From the human T2T-CHM13v2.0 reference genome, Homo sapiens: a stretch of DNA of 64,000 nt. Below the pieces are notes generated by a model that did no database searches, was not told the origin of the DNA, and saw only the letters and a list, made by a program, of their open reading frames with translations. This document shows, in pieces, positions 1 to 10,989 of this stretch. Numbering within the stretch: the first letter of the stretch is position 1; the number at the start of each line of letters is the position of its first letter. The DNA is taken from NCBI RefSeq assembly GCF_009914755.1, contig NC_060939.1; one strand, written 5' to 3'. Position numbers and translations under genes: made by a program.

Positions 1-51
1 TGCATTGCATTCCATTCCATTGGATTGCATTCCATTCGATTCCATTCCATT

Positions 52-1059
52 CGAATCAATTACATAGCAATCCATTACATTCGAGTCTATTCTATTCCGT
101 TCCATTCGATTTCGTTCCAATCCATTCGACTCCATTCCATTCGATTCCATTCCATACTATTGCATTCCATTCGATTACATTATATTCGAATAAGTTCCAT
201 TCAAGACCATTTCTTTTGAGTCCATTCTATTTGAGTCCATTCCCTTTGATTCCATAATATTTGAGTCCATTCAATTCCATTCCTTTCGTTTCCATTCCAT
301 TTGATGCCATTCCATTCAATTCTGTTCTACTCGACTCCAATACATTCAATTCCATTCCATCCGATTCCATTACATTCTTTTCATTTCTTATCCATTTCAA
401 GCCATTCCACTCCATTCCATTCCACTCGTTTCCTTTCCATTCGCGTCCATTCCTCTCCAGTCCATTCCGTTCAATCCATTCCATTCCAGTCCATTCCATT
501 CGAGTCCGTTCCATTCCAGTCCATTCCATTCGAGTCAATTCCATCCCATTCGATGTCTTTCCATAACGATCCATTCCATTCTATTCCTTTCGATTCCATT
601 CCATTCTATTTCATTCCATTCGATTCCCTTCCATTGGACTCCTTTCCATTCGAGTGCATTCCATTCCGTTCCATTTCTTTCCGTTCTGTACGATTCCTAC
701 CGTTCGATTTCATTTTGTTCCAGTCCATTCCTTTCGCGTCCATTCCATTCCATTTCACTCCATTCGATTCCATTCCACTCGATTCCACTTCGTTCCATTT
801 CATTGCATTCCATTCTATTCAACTCTATTGCCTTCCATTCCATTCCATTCGATTACATTCCATGCGATTCCATTCGAAATCGAATCAATTACATTGCAAT
901 CCATTACTATTGAGTCCGTTTTATTCCAGTCCACTGCATTCTGGTCCATTCCATTTGATTCCATTCCATTCTATTCCATTCCATACAGTTGCATTCCATT
1001 GGATTCCATGCTATATCTATAAATTCAATTCGAGACCATTGCTTTTGAGTCCATTCTAT
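52..1059 (+). repeat. Diverged internal direct repeat within the unit: ~52-230 versus ~881-1059 (offset 829 bp), present in every unit
   Basis: CGAATCAATTACATAGCAATCCATTAC (52) matches CGAATCAATTACATTGCAATCCATTAC (881). CCATACTATTGCATTCC matches CCATACAGTTGCATTCC. AGACCATTTCTTTTGAGTCCATTCTAT matches AGACCATTGCTTTTGAGTCCATTCTAT. The first and last pairs lie at the same 829-bp offset. Confidence 0.88.
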
Positions 1060-4000
1060 ATGATTCCATTCCATTCAAGTCCATTACATTTGGTTCAATT
1101 CCATTCCATTCCATTCCCTTCCATTCCATTCCATTTGATATCAATCCATTCGATTCCATTCCATTCGAGCACATTCCATTCGAGTCCATTCCATTCGATG
1201 CCATTCCATTTGATTCTATTCCATTAGTCTCCATTCAATTCCATTAATCTCCATTCCATTCCATTCTACTCCAACTGATTCGATTTCATTCTATTCCTTT
1301 CCATTCCATTTCATTCCATTCCATTCCATTCGTGTCCATTCCACTCCAGTCCATTCCATTCGTGTCCATTCCATTCCAGTCCATTCCATTTGTGTCCACT
1401 GCATTCCATTCCACTCCATTCCATATTATTCCATTACACTCCATTCCATTCTATTACTTTCATTTCCATTCAATTCCATTCCATTTGATTCCATTCCACT
1501 CGGTTTCATTCCATTTGAGTCCACTCCATTCCATTCCATTCCATTCCATTCAGTTCCATTCCATTCTGTTCCATTCCATTCCGTTCCATTACATTCCATT
1601 CCATTCGGTACCATTCCATATTGTTCCATTCGATTCCATTCGAATCCATTCTATTCCAGTCCATTCCATTCGATTCCATTCCATTCATTTCAATTCCATT
1701 CCATTCCATTCCATTCCATTCCACTTGATTCCTCTCCATTCCCTTCCACTGCATTCCGTTCGATTCCATTCCATTGCATTGCATTCCATTCCATTGGATT
1801 GCATTCCATTCGATTCCATTCCATTCGAATCAATTACATAGCAATCCATTACATTCGAGTCTATTCTCTTCCGTTCCATTCGATTTCGTTCCAATCCATT
1901 CGATTCCATTCCATTCGATTCCATTCCATACTATTGCATTCCATTCGATTACATTATATTCGAATAAGTTCCATTCAAGACCATTTCTTTTGAGTCCATT
2001 CTATTTGAGTCCATTCCCTTTGATTCCATAACATTTGAGTCCATTCAATTCCATTCCTTTCGTTTCCATTCCATTTGATGCCATTCCATTCAATTCTGTT
2101 CTACTCGACTCCAATACATTCAATTCCATTCCATCCGATTCCATTACATTCTTTTCATTTCTTATCCATTTCAAGCCATTCCACTCCATTCCATTCCACT
2201 CGTTTCCTTTCCATTCGAGTCCATTCCTCTCCAGTCCATTCCGTTCAATCCATTCCATTCCAGTCCATTCCATTCGAGTCCGTTCCATTCCAGTCCATTC
2301 CATTCGAGTCAATTCCATCCCATTCGATGTCTTTCCATAACGATCCATTCCATTCTATTCCTTTCAATTCCATTCCATTCTATTTCATTCCATTCGATTC
2401 CCTTCCATTGGACTCCTTTAAATTCGAGTGCATTCCATTCCGTTCCATTTCTTTCCGTTCTGTACGATTCCTACCGTTCGATTTCATTTTGTTCCAGTCC
2501 ATTCCTTTCGCGTCCATTCCATTCCATTTCACCCCATTCGATTCCATTCCACTCGATTCCACTTCGTTCCATTTCATTGCATTCCATTCTATTCAACTCT
2601 ATTGCCTTCCATTCCATTCCATTCGATTACATTCCATGCGATTCCATTCGAAATCGAATCAATTACATTGCAATCCATTACTATTGAGTCCGTTTTATTC
2701 CAGTCCACTGCATTCTGGTCCATTCCATTTGATTCCATTCCATTCTATTCCATTCCATACAGTTGCATTCCATTGGATTCCATGCTATATCTATAAATTC
2801 AATTCGAGACCATTGCTTTTGAGTCCATTCTATATGATTCCATTCCATTCAAGTCCATTACATTTGGTTCAATTCCATTCCATTCCATTCCCTTCCATTC
2901 CATTCCAGTTGATATCAATCCATTCGATTCCATTCCATTCGAGCACATTCCATTCGAGTCCATTCCATTCGATGCCATTCCATTTGATTCTATTCCATTA
3001 GTCTCCATTCAATTCCATTAATCTCCATTCCATTCCATTCTACTCCAACTGATTCCATTCCATTCTATTCCTTTCCATTCCATTTCATTCCATTCCATTC
3101 CATTTCATTCCATTCCATTCCATTCGTGTCCATTCCACTCCAGTCCATTCCATTCGTGTCCATTCCATTCCAGTCCATTCCATTTGTGTCCACTGCATTC
3201 CATTCCACTCCATTCCATATTATTCCATTACACTCCATTCCATTCTATTACTTTCATTTCCATTCAATTCCATTCCATTTGATTCCATTCCACTCGGTTT
3301 CATTCCATTTGAGTCCACTCCATTCCATTCCATTCCATTCCATTCAGTTCCATTCCATTCTGTTCCATTCCATTCCGTTCCATTACATTCCATTCCATTC
3401 GGTACCATTCCATATTGTTCCATTCGATTCCATTCGAATCCATTCCATTCCAGTCCATTCCATTCGATTCCATTCCATTCATTTCAATTCCATTCCATTC
3501 CATTCCATTCCATTCCACTTGATTCCTCTCCATTCCCTTCCACTGCATTCCGTTCGATTCCATTCCATTGCATTGCATTCCATTCCATTGGATTGCATTC
3601 CATTCGATTCCATTCCATTCGAATCAATTACATAGCAATCCATTACATTCGAGTCTATTCTCTTCCGTTCCATTCGATTTCGTTCCAATCCATTCGATTC
3701 CATTCCATTCGATTCCATTCCATACTATTGCATTCCATTCGATTACATTATATTCGAATAAGTTCCATTCAAGACCATTTCTTTTGAGTCCATTCTATTT
3801 GAGTCCATTCCCTTTGATTCCATAACATTTGAGTCCATTCAATTCCATTCCTTTCGTTTCCATTCCATTTGATGCCATTCCATTCAATTCTGTTCTACTC
3901 GACTCCAATACATTCAATTCCATTCCATCCGATTCCATTACATTCTTTTCATTTCTTATCCATTTCAAGCCATTCCATTCCATTCCATTCCACTCGTTTC

Positions 4001-7000
4001 CTTTCCATTCGAGTCCATTCCTCTCCAGTCCATTCCGTTCAATCCATTCCATTCCAGTCCATTCCATTCGAGTCCGTTCCATTCCAGTCCATTCCATTCG
4101 AGTCAATTACATTCCATTCGATGTCTTTCCATAACGATCCATTCCATTCTATTCCTTTCGACTCCATTCCATTCTATTTCATTCCATTCGATTCCCTTCC
4201 ATTGGACTCCTTTCCATTCGAGTGCATTCCATTCCGTTCCATTTCTTTCCGTTCTGTACGATTCCTACCGTTCGATTTCATTTTGTTCCAGTCCATTCCT
4301 TTCGCGTCCATTCCATTCCATTTCACTCCATTCGATTCCATTCCTCTCGATTCCACTTCGTTCCATTTCATTGCATTCCATTCTATTCAACTCTATTGCC
4401 TTCCATTCCATTCCATTCGATTACATTCCATGCGATTCCATTCGAAATCGAATCAATTACATTGCAATCCATTACAATTGCGTCCGTTTTATTCCAGTCC
4501 ACTGCATTCTGGTCCATTCCATTTGATTCCATTCCATTCTATTCCATTCCATACAGTTGCATTCCTTTGGATTCCATGCTATATCTATAAATTCAATTCG
4601 AGACCATTGCTTTTGAGTCCATTCTATATGATTCCATTCCATTCAAGTCCATTGCATTTGGTTCAATTCCATTCCATTCCATTCCCTTCCATTCCATTCC
4701 AGTTGATATCAATCCATTCGATTCCATTCCATTCGAGCACATTCCATTCGAGTCCATTCCATTCGATGCCATTCCATTTGATTCTATTCCATTAGTCTCC
4801 ATTCAATTCCATTAATCTCCATTCCATTCCATTCTACTCCAACTGATTCCATTCCATTCTATTCCTTTCCATTCCATTTCATTCCATTCCATTCCATTTC
4901 ATTCCATTCCATTCCATTCGCTTCCATTCCATTCGTGTCCATTCCACTCCAGTCCATTCCATTCGTGTCCATTCCATTCCAGTCCATTCCATTTGTGTCC
5001 ACTGCATTCCATTCCACTCCATTCCATATTATTCCATTACACTCCCTTCCATTCTATTACTTTCATTTCCATTCAATTCCATTCCATTTGATTCCATTCC
5101 ACTCGGTTTCATTCCATTTGAGTCCACTCCATTCCATTCCATTCCATTCCATTCAGTTCCATTCCATTCTGTTCCATTCCATTCCGTTCCATTGCATTCC
5201 ATTCCATTCGGTACCATTCCATATTGTTCCATTTGATTCCATTCGAATCCATTCTATTCCAGTCCATTCCATTCGATTCCATTCCATTCCTTTCAATTCC
5301 ATTCCATTCCATTCCATTCCACTTGATTCCACTCCATTCCCTTCCACTGCATTCCATTCGATTCCATTCCATTGCATTGCATTCCATTCCATTGGACTGC
5401 ATACCATTCGATTCCATTCCATTCGAATCAATTACATAGCAATCCATTACATTCGAGTCTATTCTATTCCGTTCCATTCGATTTCGTTCCAATCCATTCG
5501 ATTCCATTCCGTTCGATTCCATTCCATACTATTGCATTCCATTCGATTACATTATATTCGAATAAGTTCCATTCATGACCATTTCTTTTGAGTCCATTCG
5601 ATTTGAGTCCATTCCCTTTGATTCCATAACATTTGAGTCCATTCAATTCCATTCCTTTCGTTTCCATTCCATTTGATGCCATTCCATTCAATTCTGTTCT
5701 ACTCGACTCCAATACATTCAATTCCATTCCATCCGATTCCATTACATTCTTTTCATTTCTTATCCATTTCAAGTCATTCCACTCCATTCCATTCCACTCG
5801 TTTCCTTTCCATTCAAGTCCATTCCTCTCCAGTCCATTCCGTTCAATCCATTCCATTCCAGTCCATTCCATTCCAGTCCGTTCCATTCCAGACCATTCCA
5901 TTCGAGTCAATTCCATTCCATTCGATGTCTTTCCATAACGATCCATTCCATTCTATTCCTTTCGATTCCATTCCATTCTATTTCATTCCATTCGATTCCC
6001 TTCCATTGGACTCCTTTCCATTCGAGTGCATTCCATTCCGTTCCATTTCTTTCCGTTCTGTACGATTCCTACCGTTCGATTTCATTTTGTTCCAGTCCAT
6101 TCCTTTCGCGTCCATTCCATTCCATTTCACTACATTCGATTCCATTCCACTCGATTGCACTTCGTTCCATTTCATTGCATTCCATTCTATTCAACTCTAT
6201 TGCCTTCCATTCCATTCCATTCGATTACATTCCATGCGATTCCATTCAAATCGAATCAATTACATTGCAATCCATTACAATTGAATCCGTTTTATTCCAG
6301 TCCACTGCATTCTGGTCCATTCCATTTGATTCCATTCCATTCTATTCCATTCCATACAGTTGCATTCCTTTGGATTCCATGCTATATATATAAATTCAAT
6401 TCGAGACCATTGCTTTTGAGTCCATTCTATATGATTCCATTCCATTCAAGTCCATTACATTTGGTTCAATTCCATTCCATTCCATTCCCTTCCATTCCAT
6501 TCCAGTTGATATCAATCCATTCGATTCCATTCCATTCGAGCACATTCCATTCGAGTCCATTCCATTCGATGCCATTCCATTTGATTCTATTCCATTAGTC
6601 TCCATTCAATTCCATTAATCTCCATTCCATTCCATTCTACTCCAACTGATTCCATTCCATTCTATTCCTTTCCATTCCATTTCATTCCATTCCATTCCAT
6701 TCGCTTCCATTCCATTCGTGTCCATTCCACTCCAGTCCATTCCATTCGTGTCCATTCTATTCCAGTCCATTCCATTTGTGTCCACTGCATTCCATTCCAC
6801 TCCATTCCATATTATTCCATTACACTCCCTTCCATTCTATTACTTTCATTTCCATTCAATTCCATTCCATTTGATTCCATTCCACTCGGTTTCATTCCAT
6901 TTGAGTCCACTCCATTCCATTCCATTCCATTCCATTCAGTTCCATTCCATTCTGTTCCATTCCATTCCGTTCCATTGCATTCCATTCCATTCGGTACCAT

Positions 7001-7420
7001 TCCATATTGTTCCATTCGATTCCATTCGAATCCATTCCATTCCAGTCCATTCCATTCGATTCCATTCCATTCATTTCAATTCCATTCCATTCCATTCCAT
7101 TCCATTCCACTTGATTCCTCTCCATTCCCTTCCACTGCATTCCGTTCGATTCCATTCCATTGCATTGCATTCCATTCCATTGCATTGCATTCCATTCGAT
7201 TCCATTCCATTCGAATCAATTACATAGCAATCCATTACATTCGAGTCTATTCTCTTCCGTTCCATTCGATTTCGTTCCAATCCATTCGATTCCATTCCAT
7301 TCGATTCCATTCCATACTATTGCATTCCATTCGATTACATTATACTCGAATAAGTTCCATTCAAGACCATTTCTTTTGAGTCCATTCTATTTGAGTCCAT
7401 TCCCTTTGATTCCATAACAT

Positions 7421-9214
7421 TTGAGTCCATTCAATTCCATTCCTTTCGTTTCCATTCCATTTGATGCCATTCCATTCAATTCTGTTCTACTCGACTCCAA
7501 TACATTCAATTCCATTCCATCCGATTCCATTACATTCTTTTCATTTCTTATCCATTTCAAGCCATTCCACTCCATTCCATTCCACTCGTTTCCTTTCCAT
7601 TCGAGTCCATTCCTCTCCAGTCCATTCCGTTCAATCCATTCCATTCCAGTCCATTCCATTCGAGTCCGTTCCATTCCAGTCCATTCCATTCGAGTCAATT
7701 CCATCCCATTCGATGTCTTTCCATAACGATCCATTCCATTCTATTCCTTTCGATTCCATTCCATTCTATTTCATTCCATTCGATTCCCTTCCATTGGACT
7801 CCTTTCCATTCGAGTGCATTCCATTCCGTTCCATTTCTTTCCGTTCTGTACGATTCCTACCGTTCGATTTCATTTTGTTCCAGTCCATTCCTTTCGCGTC
7901 CATTCCATTCCATTTCACTCCATTCGATTCCATTCCACTCGATTCCACTTCGTTCCATTTCATTGCATTCCATTCTATTCAACTCTATTGCCTTCCATTC
8001 CATTCCATTCGATTACATTCCATGCGATTCCATTCGAAATCGAATCAATTACATTGCAATCCATTACTATTGAGTCCGTTTTATTCCAGTCCACTGCATT
8101 CTGGTCCATTCCATTTGATTCCATTCCATTCTATTCCATTCCATACAGTTGCATTCCATTGGATTCCATGCTATATCTATAAATTCAATTCGAGACCGTT
8201 GCTTTTGAGTCCATTCTATATGATTCCATTCCATTCAAGTCCATTACATTTGGTTCAATTCCATTCCATTCCATTCCCTTCCATTCCATTCCATTTGATA
8301 TCAATCCATTCGATTCCATTCCATTCGAGCACATTCCATTCCACTTCATTCCATTCGATGCCATTCCATTTGATTCTATTCCATTAGTCTCCATTCAATT
8401 CCATTAATCTCCATTCCATTCCATTCTACTCCAACTGATTCCATTCCATTCTATTCCTTTCCATTCCATTTCATTCCATTCCATTCCATTTCATTCCATT
8501 CCATTCCATTCGTGTCCATTCCACTCCAGTCCATTCCATTCGTGTCCTTTCCATTCCAGTCCATTCCATTTGTGTCCACTGCATTCCATTCCACTCCATT
8601 CCATATTATTCCATTACACTCCATTCCATTCTATTACTTTCATTTCCATTCAATTCCATTCCATTTGATTCCATTCCACTCGGTTTCATTCCATTTGAGT
8701 CCACTCCATTCCATTCCATTCCATTCCATTCAATTCCATTCCATTCTGTTCCATTCCATTCCGTTCCATTACATTCCATTCCATTCGGTACCATTCCATA
8801 TTGTTCCATTCGATTCCATTCGAATCCATTCCATTCCAGTCCATTCCATTCGATTCCATTCCATTCATTTCAATTCCATTCCATTCCATTCCATTCCATT
8901 CCACTTGATTCCTCTCCATTCCCTTCCACTGCATTCCGTTCGATTCCATTCCATTGCATTGCATTCCATTCCATTGGATTGCATTCCATTCGATTCCATT
9001 CCATTCAAATCAATTACATAGCAATCCATTACATTCGAGTCTATTCTCTTCCGTTCCATTCGATTTCGTTCCAATCCATTCGATTCCATTCCATTCGATT
9101 CCATTCCATACTATTGCATTCCATTCGATTACATTATATTCGAATAAGTTCCATTCAAGACCATTTCTTTTGAGTCCATTCTATTTGAGTCCATTCCCTT
9201 TGATTCCATAACAT
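7421..9214 (+). repeat. D15Z1: Representative 1794-bp unit (U5); probable D15Z1 / chromosome 15p 1.8-kb KpnI satellite III (HSat3A5-like)
   Basis: The sequence shows a ~1.8-kb period and a single KpnI site per unit (e.g. 1607-1612 in U1). D15Z1 is established as a 1.8-kb KpnI satellite III repeat. The chromosome and subfamily call is an inference; no alignment was run. Confidence 0.7.
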
Positions 9215-10989
9215 TTGAGTCCATTCAATTCCATTCCTTTCGTTTCCATTCCATTTGATGCCATTCCATTCAATTCTGTTCTACTCGACTCCAATACATT
9301 CAATTCCATTCCATCCGATTCCATTACATTCTTTTCATTTCTTATCCATTTCAAGCCATTCCACTCCATTCCATTCCACTCGTTTCCTTTCCATTCGAGT
9401 CCATTCCTCTCCAGTCCATTCCGTTCAATCCATTCCATTCCAGTCCATTCCATTCGAGTCCGTTCCATTCCAGTCCATTCCATTCGAGTCAATTCCATTC
9501 CATTCGATGTCTTTCCATAACGATCCATTCCATTCTATTCCTTTCGATTCCATTCCATTCTATTTCATTCCATTCGATTCCCTTCCATTGGACTCCTTTC
9601 CATTCGAGTGCATTCCATTCCTTTCCATTTCTTTCCGTTCTGTACGATTCCTACCGTTCGATTTCATTTTGTTCCAGTCCATTCCTTTCGCGTCCATTCC
9701 ATTCCATTTCACTCCATTCGATTCCATTCCACTCGATTCCACTTCGTTCCATTTCATTGCATTCCATTCTATTCAACTCTATTGCCTTCCATTCCATTCC
9801 ATTCGATTACATTCCATGCGATTCCATTCGAAATCGAATCAATTACATTGCAATCCATTACTATTGAGTCCGTTTTATTCCAGTCCACTGCATTCTGGTC
9901 CATTCCATTTGATTCCATTCCATTCTATTCCATTCCATACAGTTGCATTCCATTGGATTCCATGCTATATCTATAAATTCAATTCGAGACCGTTGCTTTT
10001 GAGTCCATTCTATATGATTCCATTCCATTCAAGTCCATTACATTTGGTTCAATTCCATTCCATTCCATTCCCTTCCATTCCATTCCATTTGATATCAATC
10101 CATTCGATTCCATTCCATTCGAGCACATTCCATTCCACTTCATTCCATTCGATGCCATTCCATTTGATTCTATTCCATTAGTCTCCATTCAATTCCATTA
10201 ATCTCCATTCCATTCCATTCTACTCCAACTGATTCCATTCCATTCTATTCCTTTCCATTCCATTTCATTCCATTCCATTCCATTTCATTCCATTCCATTC
10301 CATTCGTGTCCATTCCACTCCAGTCCATTCCATTCGTGTCCATTCCATTCCAGTCCATTCCATTTGTGTCCACTGCATTCCATTCCACTCCATTCCATAT
10401 TATTCCATTACACTCCATTCCATTCTATTACTTTCATTTCCATTCAATTCCATTCCATTTGATTCCATTCCACTCGGTTTCATTCCATTTGAGTCCACTC
10501 CATTCCATTCCATTCCATTCCATTCAATTCCATTCCATTCTGTTCCATTCCATTCCGTTCCATTACATTCCATTCCATTCGGTACCATTCCATATTGTTC
10601 CATTCGATTCCATTCGAATCCATTCCATTCCAGTCCATTCCATTCGATTCCATTCCATTCATTTCAATTCCATTCCATTCCATTCCATTACATTCCACTT
10701 GATTCCTCTCCATTCCCTTCCACTGCATTCCGTTCGATTCCATTCCATTGCATTGCATTCCATTCCATTGGATTGCATTCCATTCGATTCCATTCCATTC
10801 GAATCAATTACATAGCAATCCATTACATTCGAGTCTATTCTCTTCCGTTCCATTCGATTTCGTTCCAATCCATTCGATTCCATTCCATTCGATTCCATTC
10901 CATACTATTGCATTCCATTCGATTACATTATATTCGAATAAGTTCCATTCAAGACCATTTCTTTTGAGTCCATTCTATTTGAGTCCATT

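Noticed and set aside
186-200. Heat-shock element candidates (TTCGAATAAGTTC; TTCGAAATCGAA at ~873)
   Set aside because: The spacing does not match the canonical alternating nGAAnnTTCnnGAAn pattern.
227-574. Minus-strand MEWNG-repeat ORFs (62-160 aa)
   Set aside because: They are direct translations of (GGAAT)n, which provides an ATG every pentamer and no stops. They recur only because the DNA unit recurs.
1005-1030. TATA-like element (CTATATCTATAAATT; TATATATAAA in U4, U24, U30, U32, U33)
   Set aside because: TATAAA is present once per unit, but there is no other promoter evidence, and AT-rich decay of pentamers explains it. It would need CAGE or PRO-seq support.
301-1227. 308-aa + strand ORF repeated in most units (also the 101-218 aa HSIPF-rich ORFs)
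   Set aside because: (CATTC)n translates to the repeat HSIPF and has no stop codon in any frame, so long ORFs are expected by chance. This ORF starts at TTG, is low-complexity, shows no recognisable domain, and is freely broken in U4, U8, U10, U15, U17 and U22.
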